Origin: a bacterium
GTDB taxonomy: Bacteria > UBA8248
DNA length: 64,000 nt
Direction of reading: 5' to 3'
Assembly (NCBI GenBank): GCA_965219955.1
Contig: OZ244799.1
Span: 1,664,001-1,728,000 of the forward strand
Each line of letters opens with the position of its first letter. Position 1 is the first letter of the stretch. The translations under genes were made by a program, and so were the position numbers. Positions 1 through 9,868 of this stretch are shown piece after piece. The notes beneath the pieces were generated by a model. It was not told where the DNA came from. It ran no database searches and saw only the letters and a list, made by a program, of their open reading frames with translations.

Positions 1-1
1 C

Positions 2-751
2 CGGTTAGCCCTCGCGGCAAGAGATGGGGATGAAAAAGCATTCAATACGCTCATTCGTTCGAATTTGAGATACGTCGTCAGCGTGGCAAATCGTTACAAG
101 GGCTTCGGTCTTTCACTCGAGGATTTGATAAACGAGGGGAACATCGGGCTGATAAATGCGATCAAACGCTTTGAGCCGGAACGCGGCGTAAAGCTCATCA
201 CCTACGCCGTATGGTGGATTCGCCAAAGCATCATGCACGCTCTGGCGGATCAGAGGAGCACCGTCCGGCTGCCCGTCAAACAGGCAGGTCTTCTCCACAA
301 AATCTCCATCACGTACGAGAAGCTCCGGCAGGAATTCAAGCGCGAACCAACGACATCCGAGTTATCCGAACGGTTGGACATGAAAGTGACGGACATCGAG
401 AAACTTATACGCGCCAATCGCAATTATCTTTCTCTCGACGCGACCATCTCTTCCGACGACGACACCAGCTACCTCGATCTGCTCGAAGAGCAAAGCGCCG
501 TATCCGTGGAGGATAACGTGGTGCAGCACTCTCTCGAAGAAGAGGTGGAGGACTTGCTCGCAGAGCTCGACCCCAGAGAGCGTGACATCATTCGCATGCG
601 CTACGGTTTCGACGGAGAGGCGATGACGCTCGAAGAAATCGGAAGAAAACTCGGGCTCTCGCGCGAAAGAATCCGGCAGATAGAAAAAAAAGTGATCACC
701 CGTTTTCGCGCGGAAGGCACCCACGAGACACTCCATGATTTTTTGAGTTGA
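2..751 (+). CDS. RNA polymerase sigma-70 family factor (RpoD/RpoS-like), 5' end outside the window
   Basis: Frame open from base 2 (RLALAARDGDEKAFNTLIRSNLRYVVSVA). Region 2 DLINEGNIGLINAIKRFEPERG..TYAVWWIRQSI and region 4 TLEEIGRKLGLSRERIRQIE. Confidence 0.92.
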   Translation, partial: RLALAARDGDEKAFNTLIRSNLRYVVSVANRYKGFGLSLEDLINEGNIGLINAIKRFEPERGVKLITYAVWWIRQSIMHALADQRSTVRLPVKQAGLLHKISITYEKLRQEFKREPTTSELSERLDMKVTDIEKLIRANRNYLSLDATISSDDDTSYLDLLEEQSAVSVEDNVVQHSLEEEVEDLLAELDPRERDIIRMRYGFDGEAMTLEEIGRKLGLSRERIRQIEKKVITRFRAEGTHETLHDFLS

Positions 752-1362
752 CGATGTCCAAGGCAAAACCACAAAAACCTGACGCCTCTCCCGCAAGCTG
801 GCGGGAGGCGGCCTCACGCATCATCGCGAGTGGAACCAGAGAAAAATTCACGCTAGCGAACAGTCTCACTTTAGCCCGCATCCTGATGGTGCCATTGCTC
901 GTCCTATTCTTGCTCCAGGGCTCGCCCCCCGCACAATACTTCGCGGCCGGCCTGTTCGTCATGGCGGCTTTCACGGACTGGCTCGACGGCCACCTGGCCA
1001 GAACCCGCGACCAGATCACCCCTCTGGGTGAGATTCTCGACCCTGTGGCCGACAAACTGCTCATCGTCGCTGCCTTGATCCCCCTGGTATCGCTGGGGAA
1101 AGTGGATGCCTGGGTCGTGGGCATCCTGCTGGGCCGGGAGCTTCTGGTGACGGCCTTCCGCGCCGTAGCCATGCGCCGGGGGCTTGTGGTACCGGCGGGA
1201 TTCCTCGGGAAAATCAAGATGGGCCTGGAGGTCGGGGCGATCTTTTTCCTCATCCTGAGCATTTTCCCTCCGCTGGGCACCATTTTGATTTGGGCCGCCA
1301 TGATTGCAGCGGTGGTTTCTGCGATTGATTATTTTCGCCAGATCATTCGAGCCATTTCTTGA
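748..1362 (+). CDS. pgsA: CDP-diacylglycerol--glycerol-3-phosphate 3-phosphatidyltransferase
   Basis: N-x-LT-x-R motif and CDP-alcohol phosphotransferase motif DWLDGHLAR...GEILDPVADK; hydrophobic helices. Confidence 0.9.
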   Translation: MTMSKAKPQKPDASPASWREAASRIIASGTREKFTLANSLTLARILMVPLLVLFLLQGSPPAQYFAAGLFVMAAFTDWLDGHLARTRDQITPLGEILDPVADKLLIVAALIPLVSLGKVDAWVVGILLGRELLVTAFRAVAMRRGLVVPAGFLGKIKMGLEVGAIFFLILSIFPPLGTILIWAAMIAAVVSAIDYFRQIIRAIS

Positions 1363-1967
1363 TGGGCGCTTTTTTTCTCGTCTTTGTGGTGAGCGGATTC
1401 CTGGGAGCCATTCCCTTCGGGGTGGTGATCACCCGTTTGTTCGGCACCGGGGACCCGCGAAAATCGGGCAGCGGCAACATCGGCGCGACGAACGTCTTGA
1501 GAACGAGCGGCTGGAAAAGCGGTGTTCTCACCCTTGCGCTCGACGTGCTGAAAGGCGTCGCCGCCATCCTCTTCGCCCGCTATGTGTCCTCGCGCATCTC
1601 CGCCCCCGCCCTGGAGCCCATCGCCGCCCTTGCGGCGGTTATCGGGCACATGTATTCGCCTTTCACGGGATTTCGCGGGGGCAAGGGCGTGGCCACCGGC
1701 CTGGGGGTGTTCGCCCTCCTGACTCCGGGACCAACGGCCCTCGCCGCGCTGGTCTTTGTTCTCGCGGTGGCCGTGACGCGATACGTCTCTCTCGGTTCCA
1801 TGCTCGCCGCGGCAACCGTGCCGCTCGCAGGCGTTTGGATGAACTACTCCACGTTGGTGTGCGCCTCCTCCGCCCTCATCGCCTTGCTGGTGATTTGGAA
1901 ACATCAGGACAACATCGGGCGATTGATGCAAGGGGAGGAAAATCGCATCGGGCGGAATAAGGGATAA
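1362..1967 (+). CDS. plsY: Glycerol-3-phosphate acyltransferase PlsY
   Basis: GSGNIGATNVLR, LDVLKG, GHMYSPF..FRGGKGVAT, RYVSLGS and KHQDNIGRL motifs. Confidence 0.95.
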   Translation: MGAFFLVFVVSGFLGAIPFGVVITRLFGTGDPRKSGSGNIGATNVLRTSGWKSGVLTLALDVLKGVAAILFARYVSSRISAPALEPIAALAAVIGHMYSPFTGFRGGKGVATGLGVFALLTPGPTALAALVFVLAVAVTRYVSLGSMLAAATVPLAGVWMNYSTLVCASSALIALLVIWKHQDNIGRLMQGEENRIGRNKG

Positions 1968-2034
1968 GGCTTTTTTCAGGACACAAGGATATCTGATGAC
2001 CAGGAATCATCATTCTTAAGCAACTGGAGAAAAC

Positions 2035-2400
2035 ATGCTGACCGGTTGTTCCCCGGTTTTTCTTCTCGTCATTTCAGGCGTGGGAATCGGAAGCTGGATG
2101 TTCGGAGATCACACTGCCGCCCGAATCACGGGGCTTTTGGCGATAATCGTCTTTCTCGCCTATTTCGCCCTTTTGAACTGGACGGCGCAAAACCGCCAGA
2201 AACAAGAATCAGACGCCCCGCGCGAAAAGGATTTGTATCAGGAAATCACGGGCCCGCACGATGACGGGACGCGCAGGGAGCCATTCACCGAAGACGACAG
2301 GGCGGAGTGGCGGAATTACCTCAAAACAGAAGGGAAGATCCTCTGGTTCGGGGTAGCGGGACTTCTTCTGGCGCTGCTCTATCTGACATGGAAAGACTGA
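2035..2400 (+). CDS. Hypothetical membrane protein (about 3 TM segments)
   Basis: GGAGA RBS; two N-terminal hydrophobic segments and one C-terminal one; fills the intergenic space. Confidence 0.6.
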   Translation: MLTGCSPVFLLVISGVGIGSWMFGDHTAARITGLLAIIVFLAYFALLNWTAQNRQKQESDAPREKDLYQEITGPHDDGTRREPFTEDDRAEWRNYLKTEGKILWFGVAGLLLALLYLTWKD

Positions 2401-2432
2401 ATCACCAGCCTGTACGGATAAAGCGTAGGGCT

Positions 2433-3539
2433 TTATGCAAAAAACCGAATCACGGTATCCGCCACAAAATCGATATCCTCATCCGGCAATTCCGGGTAGA
2501 CGGGAAGCGACAAGACCTGGGCCGCCGCGGTTTCGCTCTCGGGAAAATCGCCCTCTTCATAACCGTCAAAACAGGGATGAAGATGCAAAGGTGAAGAATA
2601 ATACACGGCGCACCCAACGCCGTTCCGTAATAAATGTTCTTGCAGCGCGTTCCGCTCGGGTGTGCGAACCACGTATTGGTGAAACACATGGCCCTCACCC
2701 GGAATCGAAGGTGGCGTGAACCGCTCCCCGATGATCCCGCTGCTATCGAACCTGTCCTGATATTTCATGGCGTTTTGCTGTCTCTTGGCATTCCACTCTT
2801 CCAGGCGCTTCAGTTTGATGGATAAAACCGCCGCCTGCATCGTGTCCATCCTGAAATTACCGCCTACTTCGTCATACTCGGAATTATCGGGCGAACCGTG
2901 AATCCTGAGCTTGCGCATGCGCTCGGCGAGCGCGCCGTCTTTGGCTAAAACCATACCGGCATCGCCAAGCGCGCTCAGGTTTTTGGTCGGGTAAAACGAC
3001 AGGCAGCCCACATCTCCCATGGCTCCGGCCATACCCGGACCGATCCGCGCGCCGACGGCCTGGGCGGCGTCTTCCACCACGAAAAGCCGGTGGCGGTCGG
3101 CTATTTCGAGAATCTCCGCCATCTGAGCGCAGCGGCCGTACATGTGAACGGGCATGACCCCTTTCGTGTTCGATGAAATGGCTTCTTCGAGCCCCCCCGG
3201 CGCGAGATTGAACGTTTCGGGGTCGATATCCACGAACACCGGCTTCGCGCCCAGGCGATGGATGACGCCCGCGGTGGCGAAAAACGTAAACGGCGAAGTG
3301 ATGATTTCATCGCCCGGGCGAACGTCGTTCGCCATCAGCGCCAAGAGCAGTGCATCCGTGCCCGAGGAGACGGCGACGGCGTGTCCTGCGCCGCAATAGG
3401 CCGCCATTTCGGACTCGAAAGCGCCGATCTCCTCGCCCATGACGAACCTCTGGTGGGTCATCACGTTGTCGACTGCCGCCAGAATCTGCGCTTTCAGCGG
3501 CCCGTTTTGAGATTTCAAGTCATAAAGGGGTACGCGCAT
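2433..3539 (-). CDS. DegT/DnrJ/EryC1/StrS family PLP-dependent aminotransferase
   Basis: SSGTDAL, VEDAAQAVG, SFYPTKNL (PLP lysine) and LSLPVYPEL motifs. Confidence 0.93.
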   Translation of the reverse strand: MRVPLYDLKSQNGPLKAQILAAVDNVMTHQRFVMGEEIGAFESEMAAYCGAGHAVAVSSGTDALLLALMANDVRPGDEIITSPFTFFATAGVIHRLGAKPVFVDIDPETFNLAPGGLEEAISSNTKGVMPVHMYGRCAQMAEILEIADRHRLFVVEDAAQAVGARIGPGMAGAMGDVGCLSFYPTKNLSALGDAGMVLAKDGALAERMRKLRIHGSPDNSEYDEVGGNFRMDTMQAAVLSIKLKRLEEWNAKRQQNAMKYQDRFDSSGIIGERFTPPSIPGEGHVFHQYVVRTPERNALQEHLLRNGVGCAVYYSSPLHLHPCFDGYEEGDFPESETAAAQVLSLPVYPELPDEDIDFVADTVIRFFA

Positions 3540-3586
3540 GGAGACTTTCTTGTCCTATCGAAAACCCTTTTGGACGAAACGCAAGT

Positions 3587-3673
3587 TGGTGCCGGAGGCC
3601 GGACTCGAACCGGCAAGGGGTTGCCCCCGGTGGATTTTGAGTCCACTGCGTCTACCAATTCCGCCACTCCGGC
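3587..3673 (-). tRNA. tRNA-Leu (anticodon CAA)
   Basis: Minus strand reads GCCGGAG...CTCCGGC-ACCA acceptor stem; anticodon arm GTGGA-CTCAAAA-TCCAC; long variable arm; GGTTCGAGTCC T-loop; encoded CCA. Confidence 0.97.
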
Positions 3674-3753
3674 AGAAAGAGGGTGTAACTTAGCCTCTCC
3701 TCATGCCTTCTGGCAAGATGCGTCTCGTATTTTCGTTTCGCTGCGTGCGGGGC

Positions 3754-3990
3754 TCATCCACCATATTCCGACCAGCTCGACGCCGAAACCTCCTGCGCGT
3801 CCACTCGCCAGGAGATGGAATCCTCGCACTCGGGACACAAAACGATGAAGCGCCCCTCCGGCTCTTCTTCCATCTCGTCCCTGAACACCTTGAGGCAGTT
3901 GCGGCAATGCACCCGGCTGCAGGCGGTACACGCATTGGGTTGCGCATGCCGGAACCGCAAACCGCATGCGGGGCATTCATGAGTTTCCAC
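3754..3990 (-). CDS. Small Cys-rich putative zinc-binding protein (four CxxC pairs)
   Basis: CPAC, CTAC, CRNC and CPEC in 78 aa; GTG start preceded by GAAAGGG. Confidence 0.6.
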   Translation of the reverse strand: METHECPACGLRFRHAQPNACTACSRVHCRNCLKVFRDEMEEEPEGRFIVLCPECEDSISWRVDAQEVSASSWSEYGG

Positions 3991-4117
3991 GATTTCCCTT
4001 TCATCCGCGCCGCCGCGGATAGTACGTCTTCATGGCGGCGTTTTCGAATCTTTGCTACATTTTCTTGAACCCAAACCATCAAATTTCTCGCATTTTTCCT
4101 GAAAGGACGAATATACC

Positions 4118-4891
4118 ATGATTATCGACACGGACCGCCTGGATGATTACGAGATTCTCGACTTGAGCCACCCCTGGGGGCACGGCGCCCCGCTTTGGCC
4201 CTATTTCCCTGATGTCAAGATCGAAAGGTTCCACTATCACGCCAAGAGCCAGGTTCTGAGCCAGCAAATCACCACGTTCATGCACTGCACGACCCACACC
4301 GACGCGCCCGCTCACGTCATCGAGGGCACGCCTTTCATGGACGAGGTGCCGCTGCGAAGCTATTTCGGCAACGCCGTGTGCGTCGATATTCCAAAAGACG
4401 AATGGGAGGTCATTACGCCTGAAGACCTCGAAAACGCGAGGCCGGAGATCCGCCCGGGCGACATCGTCATCGTCCACACCGGATGGCACCGTTATTACGG
4501 CGACAACACGAGATACTTCATCTATTCCCCCGGCCTGTACAAGGAAGCCGGGGAATGGTTCGTGGAACGCGGCGTGAAGGGTGTGGGCGTTGACCAGCAG
4601 GCGCTCGACCATCCGCTGGGCACGAAAATCGCCTGGGGGCCCCAGCCCATCTGCCCCTTCACTCTCAAGGAATATGAAGAACGCTTCGACCGCCCGACCA
4701 GCGAGGCTTTCCCCGACTGGGAGCCCTGCCACCGTGCGCTTCTGGGGAACGGCATCGTCGGCTTCGAGAACGTGGGGGGAGACATCGACAAGGTCGTGGG
4801 CAAACGATTCGCGCTGGCCGCATTTCCCTGGCGCTGGACGGGCGGGGACGGCTGTATCGTGAGGATGGTCGCGTTTTTACCGAAAAACTAG
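4118..4891 (+). CDS. Cyclase family metal hydrolase (kynurenine formamidase KynB-like)
   Basis: HCTTHTDAPAH metal motif, GVGVD, H..LLGNG..FENV. Confidence 0.88.
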   Translation: MIIDTDRLDDYEILDLSHPWGHGAPLWPYFPDVKIERFHYHAKSQVLSQQITTFMHCTTHTDAPAHVIEGTPFMDEVPLRSYFGNAVCVDIPKDEWEVITPEDLENARPEIRPGDIVIVHTGWHRYYGDNTRYFIYSPGLYKEAGEWFVERGVKGVGVDQQALDHPLGTKIAWGPQPICPFTLKEYEERFDRPTSEAFPDWEPCHRALLGNGIVGFENVGGDIDKVVGKRFALAAFPWRWTGGDGCIVRMVAFLPKN

Positions 4892-5220
4892 CCTGCTGCT
4901 ACCGGCTCGGGTTTTTTCTTGCTGGTCTGCTTTGAGGCCGTTCCGTTCGAGGCCGCCGTCTCTTTCTTCTCGGTGGATTTGCTCTCTGATTTCGAATCGG
5001 AAGCCGTGCTCTGAGACTCGGTCTCTTGCTTTTTACCGTTCGAGGCGTAATCCGTCACATACCAGCCATCGCCTTTCAGGTGGAAGGCGGAGCGGGAGAT
5101 TTTGCGTCTGAGCCTGAGCGCGCCGCAACTCGGGCACTTCCGGAGAGCGCCGGCCCCCATTCGCTGGATGACTTCGTGCTCATCTCCACATGCGCTGCAT
5201 TCATATTCGTAAATCGGCAC
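4888..5220 (-). CDS. FmdB family zinc-ribbon protein
   Basis: MPIYEYECSACG...CPSCG...FHLKGDGWYVTDY signature followed by a low-complexity tail. Confidence 0.9.
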   Translation of the reverse strand: MPIYEYECSACGDEHEVIQRMGAGALRKCPSCGALRLRRKISRSAFHLKGDGWYVTDYASNGKKQETESQSTASDSKSESKSTEKKETAASNGTASKQTSKKKPEPVAAG

Positions 5221-5239
5221 TTCTGTTCTCTCCTCGTCG

Positions 5240-6154
5240 TTATATGAAAGTAAGCCAATCGAGCTTGCTCTCGTCGCGCCCGTTCACGATCTCGAAAAAT
5301 GCGGATTGAATTCTCTTCGTCACCGGGCCGGGCTCTCCGGTGCCGATAGTCCTGTCGTCCACCTCCCGGATGGGAGTCACCTCGGCGGCCGTACCGGTGA
5401 AGAAGGCCTCATCCGCCACATAGACTTCATCCCGGGCGAAGGGAGCAACCTGCAGTTCCACACCCTGCTCATCAGCGAGTTGAACGATGGTGTCGCGCGT
5501 AATCCCCCCCAGCACGCCATGGAGCGGCGGCGTCTTGAGTACGCCGTCCCGAACGATAAAAATGTTCTCGCCCGAACCCTGGGTCACCAGACCCTCCGGG
5601 TCCAGCATGAGCGCCTCATCATAGCCCGCGCCCACGGACTCAAGCTTCGCCATCTGGCTGACGGCGTAGTTGCCCGTGGTCTTCGCCTTGGTCATGTAGC
5701 TGTTCGGGTGATGGGACGTGAAGGATGAGACCTTGACCCGAATGCCCTTCGCCAAGCCCTCCTCGCCCAGATACGCCCCCCAACTCCAGACCGCGACCAT
5801 CGCATGGGTGGGCGCTCCTTTGGGGTTCACCCCCATGGACCCGTAACCGATCCAGATGAGCGGACGGATGTAGCACGCCTTCATCCCGTTGGTGCGAATC
5901 GTCTCCAGCACCGCCTCGGTGAAGTCATCCTGTGAGACGGGCACGTCCAGACCCACAATCTGCGCGGAATCATAGAGCCTCCGCATGTGCTCCTCCAGGC
6001 GGAAAACGGCGGAGCCACGCTCGGTCTGATAGCAGCGAATTCCCTCGAATACCCCCAATCCGTAGTGCAGCGTATGCGTGAGGACATGAATTCTGGCTTC
6101 ATCCCAAGGGACGAATTTTCCGTCCATCCAAATTTTATCTGTTGCGCCTTCCAA
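5240..6154 (-). CDS. ilvE: Branched-chain amino acid aminotransferase
   Basis: LHYGLGVFEGIR, YIRP, AKTTGNY, GSGENIF, LGGITR and FFTGTAAEVTP; TTG start after GGAGG. Confidence 0.95.
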   Translation of the reverse strand: MEGATDKIWMDGKFVPWDEARIHVLTHTLHYGLGVFEGIRCYQTERGSAVFRLEEHMRRLYDSAQIVGLDVPVSQDDFTEAVLETIRTNGMKACYIRPLIWIGYGSMGVNPKGAPTHAMVAVWSWGAYLGEEGLAKGIRVKVSSFTSHHPNSYMTKAKTTGNYAVSQMAKLESVGAGYDEALMLDPEGLVTQGSGENIFIVRDGVLKTPPLHGVLGGITRDTIVQLADEQGVELQVAPFARDEVYVADEAFFTGTAAEVTPIREVDDRTIGTGEPGPVTKRIQSAFFEIVNGRDESKLDWLTFI

Positions 6155-6282
6155 AAAAACATCCTCCAGCACTGTGGGATTGTGGGGCCCGGAATTCCGA
6201 ACAACCGCGCAAGTATAGTGATTCGACACGGATGGGCGCAAGCCTCCGAGACAAATAAATCACGCGCAATTTCCGGTCAAAA

Positions 6283-7281
6283 TCAGTCTTCGTAGACCTC
6301 GGGGTTGAGCAGGGTCTCAGGATTCACCCGCTCTCCCCTCAATACAGCCAGCACGTTCTCGCCGGCCAAACGGTTCACCCGTTCGCGCGCCTCGTGGCTC
6401 GCCCCGGCGAAGTGCGGCGTCACCACGGCGTTCGGAAGAGCGAAAAGCGGATTCTCCGGGTCCGGGGGTTCTTCCTCGAAAACATCGATGCCGGCCGAGG
6501 CGATTTCCCCTTCCCTGAGCGCGTGAACCAGCGCCGCTTCATCGATTATCGCGCCACGAGCGCAGTTCACGAGAACCGCAGGTTTTTTCATCAAGCGAAA
6601 CCTTTGGGCATCGAACATGTGGCGCGTCTCGGGCGTCAGGCTGCAATGAATCGAAATGAAATCGGATTCGCTCGTCAACCTGTCCAGCTCCACCGGCTCT
6701 ACGCCCGCCTCGCGGATCGCCTCATCGCGCACGAACGCGTCATATGCCAGGATGCGGCCCTGAAAACCCGACAGCAGCCGGGCCAGTTCCCGCCCGATGT
6801 TCCCGAAACCGACGATGCCGAACGTCGCCCCGCTCATCTCGTTGGCGATCCAGATGCCCTCACGCCAGCCCCCTTTTCGCAGCTTTTCCATCCCCTGTGG
6901 AATCCGGCGGCTCGCAGCCAGCATCAGGCCCAGGGACGCTTCCGCTACGGCGACGGCGTTCGCGCCCGGACAGTTCGTCACCGGGATTTTTCGCCTCGTG
7001 GCGGCGGGTATGTCGATATTCTCAACGCCCACGCCAATCTTGGCGATGAGCTGCAAGCGTGTGCCGGCCTCGATCACCCGCTCGGTGATCTGCTCTCTCG
7101 ACGTCACCAGCAGGGCGTCCCATTCATGGGCATCGCGCACCAATTCGTCTTCGGACCATTTCCGGTGGCCGCCGTCACGAAACTCGCCATACGGCTCCAG
7201 CATGTTTCGCAACGATTCGATGGGCGCGCGCGCCTCGGGCACGAAAATCACGACGTTGCGGTTCAATAAACCACCCTCCAT
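6283..7281 (-). CDS. D-isomer-specific 2-hydroxyacid dehydrogenase (SerA-like, no ACT domain)
   Basis: GVGVENID, GIVGFGNIG, VNCARG, IDVFEEEP and TPHFAG. Confidence 0.9.
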   Translation of the reverse strand: MEGGLLNRNVVIFVPEARAPIESLRNMLEPYGEFRDGGHRKWSEDELVRDAHEWDALLVTSREQITERVIEAGTRLQLIAKIGVGVENIDIPAATRRKIPVTNCPGANAVAVAEASLGLMLAASRRIPQGMEKLRKGGWREGIWIANEMSGATFGIVGFGNIGRELARLLSGFQGRILAYDAFVRDEAIREAGVEPVELDRLTSESDFISIHCSLTPETRHMFDAQRFRLMKKPAVLVNCARGAIIDEAALVHALREGEIASAGIDVFEEEPPDPENPLFALPNAVVTPHFAGASHEARERVNRLAGENVLAVLRGERVNPETLLNPEVYED

Positions 7282-7303
7282 TCAGCCACCTCGCGGCAAT
7301 CTG

Positions 7304-8113
7304 CTAGGTGCCGACAATCAATGTGGATGTTCGATCTCTGAGGAAGGAAAAAGTCGAGAGATACGTCAATATGCCCGTTCGATGATTTTCAGAAGGCACG
7401 TTCTCGATGCGGATGAAAGAACGCCCGAATTCCCCTATCGCTTCAACCTCATGGATGTTTCGATTGACCGTGGGGTCGCACACAACCCGCAATTTCGTCC
7501 TGTGCGGCCCGATGCCCGCGAAGCTCACGGCGGCGGATACGTTCACGTTGGCAGGAAACGCCTTGCACGCTTCCAGGGGATTCCCCTCGAAAATAACAGT
7601 CGGTTCATCAATCGCATTGAGGTCTATCCCCCGGGCTTCGATATAGGGTGCTCCCTTGAGGCTCTCTGGCGGTTTTCTGGTCGTCATGGTGACGGATTCC
7701 ATGCTGCCGGCCGAGGCCCCCTTGAGTCCGTCCAAGCCAATGATGGCGCCCGAGGGAATGAAAATGCGGGAACCTCCCCGCTTCGCCGCCTCGATCAAAT
7801 CATCCCGTTCGAGAAGCGCGCCCACGGAATTGACGATGACGTCTTTTCCTCGGGCAAAACTCTCATGACAAATCGCCTCCACGGTGCCTCCGCCCGAGGC
7901 TTCCATCACGACTTCCGCCCCTTGCGCCACGCCCGCCAGATCCGTCATGCGCGGCGGGTTTTCAAGGGCTTCCAAAAAACCTTTCACCTTCTCCGGTGTA
8001 CGGGTCGCGGCGACCGGTATATCGACGGGAATTTTCCCTTCATCCGCCGCCTTCACTACGGCCTTGCCTATGACGCCCAGACCCACGACCCCGAGTTTCA
8101 TGACGCGCTCCAT
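7304..8113 (-). CDS. nadX: L-aspartate dehydrogenase
   Basis: GLGVIG Rossmann motif, PSGAIIGLDGL, RKPP, FPANVNV, NIHEV and ENVPSEN. Confidence 0.85.
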   Translation of the reverse strand: MERVMKLGVVGLGVIGKAVVKAADEGKIPVDIPVAATRTPEKVKGFLEALENPPRMTDLAGVAQGAEVVMEASGGGTVEAICHESFARGKDVIVNSVGALLERDDLIEAAKRGGSRIFIPSGAIIGLDGLKGASAGSMESVTMTTRKPPESLKGAPYIEARGIDLNAIDEPTVIFEGNPLEACKAFPANVNVSAAVSFAGIGPHRTKLRVVCDPTVNRNIHEVEAIGEFGRSFIRIENVPSENHRTGILTYLSTFSFLRDRTSTLIVGT

Positions 8114-8234
8114 ATGAAAACGGACGTTATTTCAATAACTTTACTCGATATACCTCATCCAATAAAGTAAAGGTTCTCAACGCGCTTCATGACGTTGTTG
8201 AATCCAAATAATCCTTGATGGCCTTCCAATGCAC

Positions 8235-9317
8235 TCAATCGGACCAGTCGATGCGGCTCCCCAAACCGAGGCGCCAATGATCCGCCAGAACGAGCGCCAT
8301 CATCGCCTCTCCGATGGGAACCGCCCGCGTCGCCACGCACGGGTCGTGCCGTCCCTCCACCTTCACGGTCGTTTTCTCTCCGGACGCCGTCACCGTGTCC
8401 TGCTCTATCAAAATGGAGGAAGTCGGCTTCACCGCGAAGCGAACCACAACCGGTGCGCCTGAGGATATGCCGCCCAAAATTCCGCCTGCGTTGTTCGTCC
8501 TCACCCTCGGCTCCCCGTCTTTCATCTCGAACGGGTCGTTGTTCTCGGAACCCCGCATGCCGGCGGCCCTGAAACCGGAGCCGATTTCCACCCCCTTCAC
8601 CGCGTTGATGCTCATCATCGCCGCCGCAAGATCGGAGTCGAGACGCCCGTAAAGCGGCTCGCCCCAGCCCGCTGGAACGCCATCGGCCCGAACCGTGATG
8701 GCGCCGCCCACCGAATCGCCCGCCTTGCGGGCCTCGAGGATAGCCGCCTCCATCCGGGACGCCGTCTCCGCATCCGGACAACGAACGATGTTTCGCTCTA
8801 TCTCGTCCGCGTCGAAGCGCGCACCATCCCAGCTTACCGGCCCCACCTGATCGACATATCCCAGAATCGATACACCGAGACGGGCGAGGAGTTTCTTGGC
8901 TATCGCTCCCGCCGCAACGCGAGCAGCCGTCTCCCGCGCGCTGGAACGCCCCCCGCCCCGGTGGTCCCGAATCCCCCATTTCTGGATGTAGGTGAAATCC
9001 GCGTGTCCCGGGCGAAACAGGTTGCGCAAGGGCTCATATTTGCTTGAATCGGCGTCCTTGTTCCGGATAATCACCGAGATGGGATGCCCGGTCGTCCGGC
9101 CCTCGAAGACACCAGATAAAATCTCCGCCCGGTCCTCTTCTTTTCGCTGGGTCGTCACCCGGCTCTGGCCCGGCCGCCTGCGGTCCAGATCCCGCTGGAG
9201 GTCGGACTCAGCGAGCGGCAAACCCGCCGGACAGCCGTCCACCACGACGCCCAAAGCGGGGCCATGCGACTCCCCCCAGGTTGTAAAACGAAACAAACGG
9301 CCAAAAGTGTTCGACAC
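8235..9317 (-). CDS. aroC: Chorismate synthase
   Basis: [28 protein letters not shown] and GRHDPC. Confidence 0.98.
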   Translation of the reverse strand: MSNTFGRLFRFTTWGESHGPALGVVVDGCPAGLPLAESDLQRDLDRRRPGQSRVTTQRKEEDRAEILSGVFEGRTTGHPISVIIRNKDADSSKYEPLRNLFRPGHADFTYIQKWGIRDHRGGGRSSARETAARVAAGAIAKKLLARLGVSILGYVDQVGPVSWDGARFDADEIERNIVRCPDAETASRMEAAILEARKAGDSVGGAITVRADGVPAGWGEPLYGRLDSDLAAAMMSINAVKGVEIGSGFRAAGMRGSENNDPFEMKDGEPRVRTNNAGGILGGISSGAPVVVRFAVKPTSSILIEQDTVTASGEKTTVKVEGRHDPCVATRAVPIGEAMMALVLADHWRLGLGSRIDWSD

Positions 9318-9328
9318 GATTCCCCTCT

Positions 9329-9868
9329 CTAGCTCCCAGCCTTCGACAACACCGCGCGAATTTCAGGCAGAGCCGCCGCGACGACCGCCTCAGGCGCGCG
9401 CGCGTTCTCAACGACTAACTTCGCGAGTTCTTCATAGCGCGGAACGCGCTTTTTGAAAAGCAGACGCAACGCTTCTTCCGGATCCGCCTCGTTCTCGATA
9501 TAGGCGGGCCAGCCATCGGCGCGCACCCTCTCGATGATATCATTCTCCGGCACCTGGAGATAAACCACGCAGTGGGGAGCAAGGAGAGCATCGACGCCCG
9601 GCGCCATCGGCGTGCCGCCTCCGAGCGCAAGAACGAGGTTCGGTTGACCGAGTTGCTCGCGCAGCAAGTGATTTTCCATTGCCCGGAAGGATTCTTCGCC
9701 TCTTGATCTGAAAACCTCGCGAAACCCCAGCCGCTCTCCTGTTTCCTCGAAATGTCTTTGTTCGATCAAATGGTCGAGATCATGGAAAGAGAACCCCATT
9801 TTTTCGGCGAGCAATGGACCGATAGTCGACTTGCCGCATCCCTTAAAACCGATGAGCACGACGCTCAA
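9329..9868 (-). CDS. aroK: Shikimate kinase
   Basis: [10 protein letters not shown]-loop, GEESFRAME and LGGG; adjacent to aroC. Confidence 0.92.
   Translation of the reverse strand: MSVVLIGFKGCGKSTIGPLLAEKMGFSFHDLDHLIEQRHFEETGERLGFREVFRSRGEESFRAMENHLLREQLGQPNLVLALGGGTPMAPGVDALLAPHCVVYLQVPENDIIERVRADGWPAYIENEADPEEALRLLFKKRVPRYEELAKLVVENARAPEAVVAAALPEIRAVLSKAGS

Noticed and set aside
3587-3673. tRNA-Leu as the attachment site of an integrated element
   Set aside because: I saw no duplicated tRNA 3' end and no integrase in the window.
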